Origin: Candidatus Nomurabacteria bacterium
GTDB lineage: Bacteria; Patescibacteriota; Minisyncoccia; Phycocordibacterales; UBA918
Direction: 5' to 3'
Assembly (NCBI GenBank): GCA_020632035.1
Contig: JACKGG010000002.1
Coordinates: 88,095-152,094 of the forward strand
Length of the DNA: 64,000 bases
In this document: piece by piece, positions 37,241 through 47,053 of the stretch
Position numbering within the stretch: position 1 is the stretch's first letter
How the letters are laid out: each line of letters starts with the position of its first letter
Notes under the pieces: model-generated
Told to the model about the DNA's origin: nothing
Database searches by the model: none
The model's input: only the letters and a program-made list of their open reading frames with translations
Position numbers and translations under genes: made by a program

Positions 37241-37399
37241 TAATTAATTATAAAACATTGAATTAACCATTTTACTAACTCTGGGAATAAGGCAGCATAT
37301 CATTAGTGATATAAAAAAGGTTGTTAACTGCTTCTGTAATGATGTTAGAACTTTTGTTTCTAAATAAAAAACCACCTCCATGTGGCTTCATGAAGGTGG

Positions 37400-37858
37400 C
37401 TACCAGTCTTTGCGTTCAAATTGTTCTGGGCGAGCGCCGAACTTGAGTCTTACGGCAGGTATCACACCATAATTTTCAATATCATCACCAAAAGGTCCTG
37501 ACAAAATGTAGTCACCAACCCTTACTACAACCAGGAGCACGAATGCTAAAGGTGCTAGTAAAAAAGATAATGTAAACACCGTCAGCACAAATGACCAAAA
37601 AGTATTCAGACCAAGTGAGTACCACCGAGTCACAAAGTCCATACGGATTTTGAATGGAATAACGCTACGCACAAATGGGAACAGGCTGAGCAAACCAACT
37701 ACTGAGAGTTGAAGCGCTTTTAACAACGACAAATTTGAATCGTCATCTCTTAGTGAAATAATTACTATACTAATTGATGTCACTCCACCCAGCACAAGCC
37801 ACCACCAAGACGAAAGTAATTGTACATACTGAAAGAACACTGCAGATATAGTTTCCAT
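37400..37858 (-). CDS. hypothetical 4-TM membrane protein
   Basis: ORF, hydrophobic. Confidence 0.3.
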   Translation of the reverse strand: METISAVFFQYVQLLSSWWWLVLGGVTSISIVIISLRDDDSNLSLLKALQLSVVGLLSLFPFVRSVIPFKIRMDFVTRWYSLGLNTFWSFVLTVFTLSFLLAPLAFVLLVVVRVGDYILSGPFGDDIENYGVIPAVRLKFGARPEQFERKDW

Positions 37859-37983
37859 TTCATTCTCCTGTAGAAATTATGAATCAATCTCAATTCTCAG
37901 GTTACCACAAGTAAATAAAAAAATCATGCGTAAGACATGATTTTTTACATACGTTGCTGGCAGTTTGGGACGAAGTCGAACTT

Positions 37984-38481
37984 TTATTTCTGAGAATCTA
38001 GAAGTTCTTTAGTCAGTCCAACCAATTTTTCTCTATCAGCCATAGGACCACCGGCAGAAGAAATCCATCCTTCATACTCATCAAACCAGTGCTCGACATC
38101 TGATAAACATTGCTTCCATTCACCTTTCTTCATATGTTCAGTACCATGCATTGGCACTAATTTAATGTGAGCATGGTCTATACCAGTCCCCTCCATAATT
38201 AAACCAACGCGACCCACATCTTCATAAAAATTCTCTAAAACTAGAGAAACTTTTTTTGCTGCAACTATAAAATCCTTTAAGGCCACGTCATCCATCTTTA
38301 AAATATCACTACCGTGGTGAATTTTAGGAACAACAAGACTAAAGCCATTTGTGTTTGGGTCTATTGATAAAAAAGCTACATGTTTTTCATCTTGCCAAAA
38401 AATTGCATCCGAATCATTTTTTGCCACAATTTCACAGAATACACATCTATCATCTTCAGTCCTCGGATTATATTGACCCAT
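37984..38481 (-). CDS. HIT-family (histidine triad) hydrolase
   Basis: C-x-x-C zinc motif (CVFCEI) and the histidine triad DHAHIKLVPM. Confidence 0.6.
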   Translation of the reverse strand: MGQYNPRTEDDRCVFCEIVAKNDSDAIFWQDEKHVAFLSIDPNTNGFSLVVPKIHHGSDILKMDDVALKDFIVAAKKVSLVLENFYEDVGRVGLIMEGTGIDHAHIKLVPMHGTEHMKKGEWKQCLSDVEHWFDEYEGWISSAGGPMADREKLVGLTKELLDSQK

Positions 38482-38507
38482 ATCTGATTATTATACATGG
38501 ATTCAAT

Positions 38508-38583
38508 CAGGGACTCGAACTTTTATAGGTTTCTATATATAGCTCAAATGAATTTTCTGCCGGACAGGGACTCGGTCACGAAT
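38508..38583. repeat. direct partial copies of the tRNA-Gln 3' segment (13 nt at 38508-20; 18 nt at 38557-74), the second fused to GTCACGAAT
   Basis: CTGCCGGACAGGGACTCG is identical to 38735-38752 of the tRNA-Gln gene (antisense). The match ends in the T-loop. Confidence 0.65.
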
Positions 38584-38663
38584 AAATTTTCTACGAAAAT
38601 TTTTCTCGACCCCGACTCGCCGACAAGCCCTCCCTTCGGTCGTCTTGTATACCGGCTCCGTCT

Positions 38664-38718
38664 TTCGAGTCCCTGCGGTCAGGTAATTTAGTAAAACCCC
38701 AATGCATACGCATTGGGG
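38664..38718. repeat. inverted 12-nt copy of the tRNA-Gln T-arm (TTCGAGTCCCTG) plus a hairpin (CCCCAATGC-ATA-CGCATTGGGG) abutting the tRNA 3' end
   Basis: It reads in tRNA sense on the plus strand, whereas the gene is on the minus strand. Same layout as the Phe and CAT loci. Confidence 0.6.
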
Positions 38719-38733
38719 TCAAACTAAATTATG

Positions 38734-38804
38734 CTGCCGGACAGGGACTCGAACCCCGATAGACGGCACCAAAAACCGTAGTCCTACCATTAGACGATCC
38801 GGCA
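38734..38804 (-). tRNA. tRNA-Gln (anticodon TTG)
   Basis: The reverse complement gives TGCCGGA-TC-GTCT-AATGGTA-GGAC-T-ACGGT-TTTTGGT-GCCGT-CTAT-CGGGG-TTCGAGT-CCCTG-TCCGGCA-G. Confidence 0.8.
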
Positions 38805-38909
38805 AGGGATCTGTTCCTTTCTGTAACTGGTTTTATAGATTCAAACTCAGTTACTTTGGTGGGGCTAGAATAACATAAAAGTATTAAGTATTGAAGTGGT
38901 TTATTGACC

Positions 38910-40583
38910 TTAGTCAGCCTCATAAGATGCTTTTACAAAAGCTGTAAAAAGTGGGTGTGGGTCCAGCGGACGAGCTTGAAGCTCAGGATGAAACTGCACT
39001 CCTACAAAAAATGGATGGTCCTCAACTGGAAGCTCAGCAATTTCCATTAATCTGCCATCTGGTGACTTACCTGAGAAGCGAAGACCCCTAGCTTCTAGCT
39101 TTTCTATGTAGTTTGGATTAACTTCATAACGGTGACGATGGCGCTCGACTATTTCTTTTGCACGATAGGCTTTAGAAGCAATTGAACCGCTGGAAAGCAC
39201 TGCCGGATAAGCGCCGAGGCGCATGGTACCTCCCATGTTGTTTTCCGCAATATTTTCTCTTTGTTCATCCATCACACCTATTACCAAGTGATCTGCTTTA
39301 GGGTTAATCTCTTCGGTACTAGCATTTTTAATCTTAACTACATTTTTGGCAAATTCTAGAACAGCAAGTTGCATACCATAACAAATTCCAAAATAAGGAA
39401 TCTTGTTCTTACGTACGTACTCGATTACATTCAACTTCCCTTCAATACCTGTTATGCCAAATCCGCCTGGTACCAAAACCCCGTCGTATTTCTTCAAATT
39501 CTTAAGATTCTTTTTGTCTTCAAAGTGTTGTGAAGGTAAGTATGATATCTCCGGGGTAAGCTTGAGCTTATAGGCTGAAAACTTAATTGCTTCTAAGACC
39601 GACAAATATACGTCGGACAATACAAAGTCTCCCGAGCTAAAATACTTACCAACCACAGCAATTTTCACCACGTCGTGCCCCCCTTTTGAGCCGCTTACAA
39701 ATTTTTTCCAAGCCTTGAGATCAGCCTTCTTTCTGGTTGGTAAACCCAATGTTTCAAGCAATCGAGTTGACAGTTGGTCCTCCTCATAATGTAGAGGAAT
39801 ATCATAAATACTATCCACATCTGGAGCCGAAATAACATTTTCTACTTTTACATCGCAAAATTTAGCAATTTTTTCTTTACGTTTCCTATCGACAGCAACT
39901 TTACTCCTAGCGATGATTATGTCTGGTCTTACTCCCGTCGAACCCAATGTCCTAACCGCGTGCTGAGTTGGCTTGGTTTTCATTTCCCCAATAGAGCCTG
40001 GGACCGGTAAATAACTGGCCATAACAACAGCCACATCGCCCGGATGATCACTCTTCAGGCTACGAATAGCTTCTATAAACAAAATATTTTCGTACTCACC
40101 CACAGTTCCACCGATTTCAATCAAAACAATATCAGCCTTGGCTACTTTTGCGGCTTTTTTAATACGACTTATTACTTCGTTGGGTATATCTGGTACTACT
40201 TGAACATTTTTCCCTCCGTATTCTAAGTTACGTTCTTTTTGGATAACGGCCTGGTACACACTACCAGTAGTCATATAGTTGATAGAAGGCAGGTCAGTGT
40301 TTAGGAAACGCTCATAATTACCCATATCTTGGTCAGTCTCAAGACCATCTTTCAAAACAAAAACCTCTCCGTGCTCGGTTGGATTCATAGTGCCAGCATC
40401 AACATTAATGTATGGATCAACTTTCATTGCGGTCACTTTGTGTCCACGCGACTGCAGGAGGTTGGCAATTGAAGACGAAGCGACTCCCTTTCCTACCCCG
40501 CTCATAACTCCACCCACAATGAAGATGTACTTCGTAGCCGGCTGTTTAGCAGTCGTCTTTTTTTGTTTTGGTTTCTTAGTCAT
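38910..40583 (-). CDS. pyrG: CTP synthase (with a Lys-rich N-terminal extension)
   Basis: Synthetase domain (GGVMSGVGKG), glutamine amidotransferase GICYGMQ, and ERHRHRYEVN. Confidence 0.9.
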   Translation of the reverse strand: MTKKPKQKKTTAKQPATKYIFIVGGVMSGVGKGVASSSIANLLQSRGHKVTAMKVDPYINVDAGTMNPTEHGEVFVLKDGLETDQDMGNYERFLNTDLPSINYMTTGSVYQAVIQKERNLEYGGKNVQVVPDIPNEVISRIKKAAKVAKADIVLIEIGGTVGEYENILFIEAIRSLKSDHPGDVAVVMASYLPVPGSIGEMKTKPTQHAVRTLGSTGVRPDIIIARSKVAVDRKRKEKIAKFCDVKVENVISAPDVDSIYDIPLHYEEDQLSTRLLETLGLPTRKKADLKAWKKFVSGSKGGHDVVKIAVVGKYFSSGDFVLSDVYLSVLEAIKFSAYKLKLTPEISYLPSQHFEDKKNLKNLKKYDGVLVPGGFGITGIEGKLNVIEYVRKNKIPYFGICYGMQLAVLEFAKNVVKIKNASTEEINPKADHLVIGVMDEQRENIAENNMGGTMRLGAYPAVLSSGSIASKAYRAKEIVERHRHRYEVNPNYIEKLEARGLRFSGKSPDGRLMEIAELPVEDHPFFVGVQFHPELQARPLDPHPLFTAFVKASYEAD

Positions 40584-40593
40584 GAATTGGAAG

Positions 40594-41514
40594 TTAGGTT
40601 CGTAAGTAGCGGGCTACGGCAAAAGTACTGGAAACTAGTCCAAGCACAACGCCAATTCCTACTAGCATTCCAAATATTTCGCCAAAGTTTGCGACATAGT
40701 AGTTAAACAAGTTCAGGTCAAAGAAGGCTTCAGTACGTGGACCAAGCCAAACTAGTAGTGGGTAAAATAGTAGTAAGGTTAGAACACCAGAAATAAATCC
40801 ATACATAATACCTTGAAGCATAAATGGCCCCCGAATAAACATATTACCGGCTCCAACCAAACGCATGATGGAAATTTCTTCTCGTGAAGTATAAATGGCT
40901 AAGCGTATAGTATTAAACGTAATCAGTACCGCTGCTATAAGCAAGACGCCCATAATAATAAGACTAGCTCGTTTGGTGGCGTTGATGATATTGGTAAGAG
41001 TATCGATCGAGTCTTTGTTCCTGTCAAAGTTGATCTCATCGATCACTTGTACTTGGGGTTGTTCTAGATCGCGTTGTTCTTCCAGGAAGCGAGCAATATT
41101 TTGGTACTGGTATGTCTCATTAGCTTGAATGGCTATATTGGCCCCAAGCGGATTCTCGTCTAGTTCTTCAAGGGCTTGGAGGGAAATTTCGTTGTCTTGG
41201 TTGCGTTCTCTATATTGTTTAAGGGCGTCCTCTTTTGAAATGAAAGTCACCTTAGATACGTCTGGCAAAGCCTCAACGGCTTGGAAGATTCGCTGAACCT
41301 CTTCCTCTGGAGCATCTGGTACAAAATAAACGTTTATGTCTACTTTTGATTGCAGTATGGAAAGGGACGTACCAAGTAATTGGTTTATAAAAACAGTGGC
41401 ACCAATCACAAACAGAGCAATTGTTAGAACAAAAATAGAAGCGAGAGAAACATAAGCGTTTCGCCAAAATCCGACAAAACCAGCTTTTACTACTCTACGA
41501 ATTGCAGTTACCAT
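40594..41514 (-). CDS. ftsX: cell-division ABC transporter permease FtsX
   Basis: N-terminal TM, a large periplasmic loop and 3 C-terminal TMs. It is immediately downstream of ftsE. Confidence 0.7.
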   Translation of the reverse strand: MVTAIRRVVKAGFVGFWRNAYVSLASIFVLTIALFVIGATVFINQLLGTSLSILQSKVDINVYFVPDAPEEEVQRIFQAVEALPDVSKVTFISKEDALKQYRERNQDNEISLQALEELDENPLGANIAIQANETYQYQNIARFLEEQRDLEQPQVQVIDEINFDRNKDSIDTLTNIINATKRASLIIMGVLLIAAVLITFNTIRLAIYTSREEISIMRLVGAGNMFIRGPFMLQGIMYGFISGVLTLLLFYPLLVWLGPRTEAFFDLNLFNYYVANFGEIFGMLVGIGVVLGLVSSTFAVARYLRT

Positions 41515-41520
41515 AATTTA

Positions 41521-42204
41521 TTATAAAACGTATTTACCTGATGTGTCATCTCTAACAATTCGCCCGTCGTCCATAGTAATGACTCTTCTTTCAATCTCAT
41601 CTATCACCCCCTTGTTGTGTGTAGTCATTATAACAGTTGTGCCGAGATCATTAATCTTTCTTAAAATCTGCACTACTTCATAAGTAGCAATTGGGTCGAG
41701 GTTTCCGGTCGGCTCGTCGGCAATTATGATGTCTGGTTGGTTAACAATTGCTCTGGCTATAGCGACTCTTTGCTTTTCTCCCCCGGAAAGCTCGTTGGGG
41801 AAATTCCAGGCTTTGTCGTCTAAGTCTACCAGAGAAAGTGCGTATGGTACGTTTTCGGCTATCTCTGCATCGGTCCGACCATTGGCCTCCATAGCAAAGG
41901 CTACGTTTTCGTAAGCAGTTTTATGAGGAAGGAGTTTGAAATCTTGAAAAATAGTTCCAATCTTACGTCGATAGTTTGGTAGCTTAGTGCGAGGAATCCG
42001 ATGGATATCTAACGATTCAAAAAAAACCTGACCCTGGGAAGGTTTGTCTTCAGCGATGATCATCTTTAGGAGAGTTGTTTTACCAGCTCCAGAATGACCG
42101 ACGATCGAAACAAACTCCTTGGGAGCAACTTGAAAAGTTACCTCTTGCAAGGCGGCCGATCGGCCGTCGTTATACATCTTAGAAACGTTATCAAAGTAGA
42201 TCAT
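41521..42204 (-). CDS. ftsE: cell-division ATP-binding protein FtsE
   Basis: Walker A GHSGAGKTT, signature LSGGEKQR, Walker B IIIADEPTGNLD; 227 aa. Confidence 0.85.
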   Translation of the reverse strand: MIYFDNVSKMYNDGRSAALQEVTFQVAPKEFVSIVGHSGAGKTTLLKMIIAEDKPSQGQVFFESLDIHRIPRTKLPNYRRKIGTIFQDFKLLPHKTAYENVAFAMEANGRTDAEIAENVPYALSLVDLDDKAWNFPNELSGGEKQRVAIARAIVNQPDIIIADEPTGNLDPIATYEVVQILRKINDLGTTVIMTTHNKGVIDEIERRVITMDDGRIVRDDTSGKYVL

Positions 42205-42258
42205 ACTCGACAGTATATCACGTCGAAGCTGAGCAATAAAATATTTATTAATAACAGC

Positions 42259-43143
42259 TTAACTAGCCGTATTGACTCCCATTGAATCTATAAAAGGTTG
42301 AATATCACCAGCTAAAACCTTATCGACATTCCTCACTTCTAGATCATTTCGGTGATCTTTCACTAACTGGTATGGATGAAGTACGTAAGAGCGAATCTGA
42401 CTCCCCCACTCAATTTTAAGAGTTTTTTCTATCGATAATCCCTGAAGTTCTCTTTTACGTTGAGCTTCGTGAAAAGCAAAAATCTTACCAGCTAAAAGAG
42501 ACATGCCCTTTTCGCGATTTTGCTGTTGAGAGCGCTCGGAAGAAATATTCACAGAAATGTTTGTCGGCCGGTGCACAATCCGTACAGCGGTCTCGCGCTT
42601 GTTTACATTTTGACCACCAGCTCCACCAGAGCGAGCAAAGGATATCTCCAAGTCATCTTCGTTTAATTCTACCGCACTAACATCTTCCAATTTCGGCGAA
42701 ACTTCAACCAACACAAAAGATGTCTGACGTTTACCGTTGCTGTTAAAAGGAGATATCCTCACCAGGCGGTGAACACCGGATTCATTTTGTAAAGTTCCGT
42801 AAGCATTTTTCCCTTGTATTTCAAAAGTAATATTACGATAACCATTTTCATCGTTGGTGTTGCTGTCTATTATAATTACTCCCCAGTTTTTTCCCTCGGC
42901 GTACTTTTGATACATCTCCACCAACATCCGAGCAAAATCTTCGGCGTCGTCACCCCCAGCCCCGGCCACAATGGTGAAGACGGCATCATTTCGATCGTAC
43001 TTACCTTTCCCTTCAGATTGATCCTTCAACTCCTGCAATTCTTTTATCATCGCTTGAGCTACCTGAGAATCATTCCAAAAATCCGGCCTAAGCATGGCCG
43101 CCTCGATTTCTTGTATACGTGATCGATTATCGATTTTATTCAT
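42259..43143 (-). CDS. prfB: peptide chain release factor 2 (short N-terminus, no visible frameshift site)
   Basis: SPF tripeptide (RISPFNS) and GGQ motif ([22 protein letters not shown]); 294 aa. Confidence 0.8.
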   Translation of the reverse strand: MNKIDNRSRIQEIEAAMLRPDFWNDSQVAQAMIKELQELKDQSEGKGKYDRNDAVFTIVAGAGGDDAEDFARMLVEMYQKYAEGKNWGVIIIDSNTNDENGYRNITFEIQGKNAYGTLQNESGVHRLVRISPFNSNGKRQTSFVLVEVSPKLEDVSAVELNEDDLEISFARSGGAGGQNVNKRETAVRIVHRPTNISVNISSERSQQQNREKGMSLLAGKIFAFHEAQRKRELQGLSIEKTLKIEWGSQIRSYVLHPYQLVKDHRNDLEVRNVDKVLAGDIQPFIDSMGVNTAS

Positions 43144-43633
43144 AAGGAATAACTGTCTCTTTTATTACTGGGATCGGAGCCGGGGAAATTGCCATAAGCC
43201 ATTGTTTACAGTCTTCATATTTGTCAAAAGTCCACCGACTTAGGAAATCATCAATCTGGTACTCTTGCGATGGGCCACTCCAAGGATCGTGTATTTTAAG
43301 CACAAAATCATTGGCACCTACCACCACCCCATAATGATCTTCATTTTCACCAACTTCCAGGAAGCGTACAATCGGGGGGATTCTTAGCGAGAGCAGGTGG
43401 CGTATGTCAGAGATTTCGGAACCTTCATTTTCATAGCAGTATAGACCAAGCCTAACTGCTATTTCATACATGCGAGATCGCCACGTACCCACATCTTCGT
43501 TTGTCTTTAGTTTTTCTACTAATAGTTTTTCTGGGTAATAAGCGCCGTAATATGCCAATACCATCTGTAGTGTAGTTGGACCACAAGTGTATGGTTTAGC
43601 TTGCTTATAGTACGGTACGTTTAATTCCTTCAT
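43136..43633 (-). CDS. C39-like peptidase-domain protein (Peptidase_C39_2-like)
   Basis: N-terminal [23 protein letters not shown] contains the catalytic-Cys context of C39-like domains. Confidence 0.45.
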   Translation of the reverse strand: MKELNVPYYKQAKPYTCGPTTLQMVLAYYGAYYPEKLLVEKLKTNEDVGTWRSRMYEIAVRLGLYCYENEGSEISDIRHLLSLRIPPIVRFLEVGENEDHYGVVVGANDFVLKIHDPWSGPSQEYQIDDFLSRWTFDKYEDCKQWLMAISPAPIPVIKETVIPYE

Positions 43634-43696
43634 AATAATAATTATATCAACAAAAACGGAGTGTTCCTTTCTGGAAACACTCCTTGGAGCATATTT

Positions 43697-44197
43697 CTAC
43701 ATATCTTTGCACCATAACACAGTGTAGCCGGTTGTTTCCAGCACACCGGGATCGGTTAGGGGTCTGTACCCAAGCGATACGTAGAAACCAGAGTTTCGCT
43801 TTGAAGGACTGTTTGTTAAAAACAACCTAAGTGATTGTCCTTTTACTTTCCAGAGTTCGACAGCTCTCCTTTCCAGATATTCCATTGTGATCCTGCCATA
43901 TCCACAACTACGACAATCTCTATGAGTTACGACATTGTTTATCATAGCCCTTGTGGTCACTAGATCTGGTATCAAATTTGCCTGAGCAGTAGAAACCAAA
44001 GCTCCAGTCTCTAGTAACTTAGTAAAAACGAGCAGGGTATGCGTGTCCTTACACAAGTATTGAAATAAGGCTGGCTGAATCGTAAAATTTGAGTGTAATT
44101 GACCCATCAGCTCCTGATACTGTTCAATGGTGTTTATCCAAAAAACGATTTTGTGCTGATTGTCTGAAACAATCGTTTGACTATCAAGAAATTGCAT
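43697..44197 (-). CDS. GNAT-family N-acetyltransferase
   Basis: Acetyl-CoA-binding region VVTHRDCRSCGYGRITMEYLE (the R-x-x-G-x-G/A motif) in a ~165-aa protein. Confidence 0.45.
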   Translation of the reverse strand: MQFLDSQTIVSDNQHKIVFWINTIEQYQELMGQLHSNFTIQPALFQYLCKDTHTLLVFTKLLETGALVSTAQANLIPDLVTTRAMINNVVTHRDCRSCGYGRITMEYLERRAVELWKVKGQSLRLFLTNSPSKRNSGFYVSLGYRPLTDPGVLETTGYTVLWCKDM

Positions 44198-44291
44198 TGA
44201 AAGAGCTCCTTTTAAAGTTACTAAATCAAAGACTATACTAGGTAATCAAGAAACACAAGGACCAGGCTTTCCCAGCCCTTGTTTCATTTCA

Positions 44292-44365
44292 GAGCCAACA
44301 CACAGAATCGAACTGTGGACCTCGTCCTTACCATGGACGCGCTCTACCGACTGAGCTATGTTGGC
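44292..44365 (-). tRNA. tRNA-Thr (anticodon GGT)
   Basis: The reverse complement gives GCCAACA-TA-GCTC-AGTCGGTA-GAGC-G-CGTCC-ATGGTAA-GGACG-AGGTC-CACAG-TTCGATT-CTGTG-TGTTGGC-T. Confidence 0.85.
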
Positions 44366-44593
44366 AATACGGAAAACAGGATACCAAATAATACTTAAAA
44401 GTCCTAGTCTTTTATATTATTAGTCATAATTAAACCAGTCAAAACAATTGCAAAATTGCTGCAAAACGGCTATACTCTTGCCACTTACGTTTTTGAGTAT
44501 AATCTATACGTAAATACGCGGTCGTAAGAGAAATCTTTCTACCGCCACATTCGGAAAGAATGTAAAAGTAAAATTTTCTATTTTTCCTCATTT

Positions 44594-44667
44594 GCGGTCG
44601 TAGCTCAGCTGGTTAGAGCGTCCGCCTGTCACGCGGAAGGCCGAGGGTTCGAGTCCCTTCGACCGCG
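44594..44667 (+). tRNA. tRNA-Asp (anticodon GTC)
   Basis: GCGGTCG-TA-GCTC-AGCTGGTTA-GAGC-G-TCCGC-CTGTCAC-GCGGA-AGGCC-GAGGG-TTCGAGT-CCCTT-CGACCGC-G. Confidence 0.9.
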
Positions 44668-44675
44668 CAGTTTAT

Positions 44676-44706
44676 AAAAACCTCAATCTTCTAGATTGAG
44701 GTTTTT
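44676..44706 (+). terminator. intrinsic terminator after tRNA-Asp
   Basis: AAAAACCTCAATCT-TCTAG-ATTGAGGTTTTT. Confidence 0.75.
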
Positions 44707-44727
44707 ATTTATCATCAGTATACAAAG

Positions 44728-44964
44728 CTATTTGTTCTTCCTCTTTACAACATCTCTAAAGGCAACAATAAACCAAACCGTATTCAAAACCATAAACGGA
44801 TAGCTGGTAATCAAATGCGCATAAATAATTAGAATAAATGCTCCGAATGTGTTTACAGCATCATAAGAAAAGGAATCTTTTGACCATTTACCGAACTGAT
44901 TGAGAACAAAAGCAACCAATATGCTACCCGCGCCAAGCAGACCTAAAAGTGTGAAGTTGTCCAT
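44728..44964 (-). CDS. small 2-TM membrane protein
   Basis: ORF, hydrophobic. Confidence 0.3.
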   Translation of the reverse strand: MDNFTLLGLLGAGSILVAFVLNQFGKWSKDSFSYDAVNTFGAFILIIYAHLITSYPFMVLNTVWFIVAFRDVVKRKNK

Positions 44965-44970
44965 AAATTG

Positions 44971-45044
44971 TGTCGATGGGAGGAATTGAACCTCCGACCT
45001 TAGCTTTATGAGTGCTACGCTCTAACCAACTGAGCTACATCGAC
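44971..45044 (-). tRNA. tRNA with a CAT anticodon (elongator Met or Ile2/lysidine type)
   Basis: The reverse complement gives GTCGATG-TA-GCTC-AGTTGGTTA-GAGC-G-TAGCA-CTCATAA-AGCTA-AGGTC-GGAGG-TTCAATT-CCTCC-CATCGAC-A. Confidence 0.8.
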
Positions 45045-45094
45045 ATGTGTATGTGGGGCTAGAGTACACTATTTTGTTCATTGCTTCAACACTT

Positions 45095-45790
45095 TTATGC
45101 TAGTTTTCCACCAAACTTTTCTAGTATATATTCAGCCTTCTTAATATCTTCCGGGTAGCCAATTGGTAGCCATTTTTTTTGCTCAATTATTTTAACTTTT
45201 TTAAAACTGGCACACTGAGTCAACATATCAGTTGCATACAGCTCACCAGCATCAGAAACAGCAACATCATTTTCAAACAACGCCAAATCAGTAACAAAAC
45301 CTCCGGTGTTGACTAAGTTAGATGTTGGCTCTTTTGGTTTCTCAACAATAGCTTTCAGGGTGCCATCTTCATTTTTTTCCAATACACCAAACAACTCTGG
45401 GGTTTCAGAATATACTGCCAAAATTGAATACGGCTCCTGTACCGCCTCAACCAAAGCTTCAGCTCCGTGTATATCATCTCCATTAAGCACAATGAACTTA
45501 CCAGTTAATAAATTTTTTGTACATAAGAGAGCGTTACCAGTTCCTCCCGCTGGATTATCTTGATGAACATAAGTTACTTTACGTCCGTAAAACTCTTCGC
45601 CACAATGAGCTCTGATTTGCTCCTCTAGATAATTGGTCACAATAACCAATTCTGTAATATTAGCTGGAAGAGCCTCAACAATGTGATCTAGGATTGGTTT
45701 TCCACAAACTTTGATTAATGGTTTAGGTATAGTTTTGGTCAAAGGGAGCATTCTCGTTCCCTTTCCAGCAGCTAATATTACACATTGCAT
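45095..45790 (-). CDS. sugar-phosphate nucleotidyltransferase (NTP_transferase family)
   Basis: N-terminal ILAAGKGTRMLPLT..PKPL nucleotide-binding loop; 231 aa. Confidence 0.65.
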   Translation of the reverse strand: MQCVILAAGKGTRMLPLTKTIPKPLIKVCGKPILDHIVEALPANITELVIVTNYLEEQIRAHCGEEFYGRKVTYVHQDNPAGGTGNALLCTKNLLTGKFIVLNGDDIHGAEALVEAVQEPYSILAVYSETPELFGVLEKNEDGTLKAIVEKPKEPTSNLVNTGGFVTDLALFENDVAVSDAGELYATDMLTQCASFKKVKIIEQKKWLPIGYPEDIKKAEYILEKFGGKLA

Positions 45791-45813
45791 AAGTATTACT
45801 ATTACTAAATTGT

Positions 45814-46677
45814 TTATCTATCGCAATACTCCACCATTACTTTCTTCAGCTCTGGATAATCAACAGCGTAGGTAAGGATTGCTCTTAAGTAGTTTTCTGG
45901 GTCACCTGTAGTTATCCATTTACCGTCTTCTACTTCTTTTGCCAAAAATCTTCCTCCTTCTTGAATATAGTTTCTAATAGCGTCAATGATCCACAACTCG
46001 TTTCCTTTACCGCAAGCTGTTCGAGCAAGAATGTCTACAATTTCACGATTTAGAATCATTCGACCAAAGTCTGCATGACGTGAAGGTGCTTCTTCTTTGG
46101 CTGGTTTTTCAACAATGTCTTCGAGCTCAATTCCATCTCCTCGGTATTTAACTATTCCGTATTTATCTACCACATCTTCAGACACTTCTTGAACACCAAT
46201 CATCGGAGACTTTTCTAGTTTATAGAGATCAACCAACTGCTTAGTGAAAGACACTTTACTCTTCACCAAATCATCTCCAAAGGCATAAATAAATGGTTCG
46301 TCACCAATCAAAGTTGAAGCTGATAAAAGTGGAGTGCCGTTCCCATATGGACCTTTCTGACGCACATAAATAAAATTAGCCATTTCAGATAATTTTTGTA
46401 CTTCTTTAAGAATTTCTACTTTTCCTGTTTTTTCTAGACTTTGCTCTAGTTCAAAAGATCGGTCAAAATGATCCTCAAGTGCTTTCTTGTCCCAGCGCGT
46501 AACCATTATGATGTCTTTAATCCCGGCTTCCACCAGCTCTTCCACCAAATACTGAACTATCGGTTTATTTATAATCGGCAACATTTCTTTTGGTTGAGCT
46601 TTAGTGGCCGGTAATAATCTAGTTCCTGAGCCGGCTACTGCTATGACTGCTTTTGTTATTTCCATATATGCGGGCAT
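45814..46677 (-). CDS. galU: UTP--glucose-1-phosphate uridylyltransferase
   Basis: VIAVAGSGTRLLPATKAQPKEMLPI and the VQEV.E..VDKYGIV motifs; 287 aa. Confidence 0.8.
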   Translation of the reverse strand: MPAYMEITKAVIAVAGSGTRLLPATKAQPKEMLPIINKPIVQYLVEELVEAGIKDIIMVTRWDKKALEDHFDRSFELEQSLEKTGKVEILKEVQKLSEMANFIYVRQKGPYGNGTPLLSASTLIGDEPFIYAFGDDLVKSKVSFTKQLVDLYKLEKSPMIGVQEVSEDVVDKYGIVKYRGDGIELEDIVEKPAKEEAPSRHADFGRMILNREIVDILARTACGKGNELWIIDAIRNYIQEGGRFLAKEVEDGKWITTGDPENYLRAILTYAVDYPELKKVMVEYCDR

Positions 46678-46877
46678 TATAACATCATATATTTATAATT
46701 ATAAACTGACCCCTACAGTTCTATAGCAGAGAAAAGGGCAGCTATAATAAAGAAAAGACTGAGTATAAAGCCAATTATTTTCTTATTGCAGAATGAGAAA
46801 GTCTAGGAGACTTATGAAGGCTTATTAAGGGTATTTTGAAGAATGAAAAATACCTAATGAGTGGACAGGTTCTGTAA

Positions 46878-46899
46878 GGACCGGAATCGAGTCACGAAT
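46878..46899. repeat. direct partial copy of the tRNA-CAT(47054..47124) T-arm (CCGGAATCGA) fused to GTCACGAAT
   Basis: Identical to 47063-47072 of the tRNA gene (antisense). The break falls in the T-loop. GTCACGAAT is the same 9-mer as at the tRNA-Gln locus. Confidence 0.55.
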
Positions 46900-46991
46900 C
46901 ACTAAGTATATTTATTCGGATTGCTCCAAATCTACAAGTGTTCTTGACCCCGCCTCAGCCTATTTCGTCTCCCAGACGAAGGCTTCCGGCC

Positions 46992-47050
46992 GTTCGATTC
47001 CTCCCGCTGGAATAAAAACAAAACCAGCATGAAGCTGGTTTTGTTTTTAT
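46992..47050. repeat. inverted partial copy of the tRNA-CAT 3' end (GTTCGATTCC-TCCCGC) plus a bidirectional terminator hairpin abutting the tRNA 3' end
   Basis: In tRNA sense on the plus strand. The hairpin is AAAACCAGC-ATGA-GCTGGTTTT with a T-run. Confidence 0.55.
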
Positions 47051-47053
47051 TTG

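Noticed and set aside
38497-38923. Two 64-aa ORFs (38497..38691 + and 38729..38923 -)
   Set aside because: Both run through tRNA-Gln and its fragment-containing tail. They are spurious.
43100-43260. Programmed +1 frameshift site upstream of prfB
   Set aside because: No CUU-UGA-C or SD-like stimulator is present. The region is the 3' end of the C39-like gene in another frame.
44488-44514. Sigma70 promoter for tRNA-Asp (TTGCCA ... TATAAT)
   Set aside because: The -10 TATAAT at 44498-503 is good, but the best -35 is only 14 bp away and the 17-bp-spaced alternative is weak. This is too uncertain to list as a feature.
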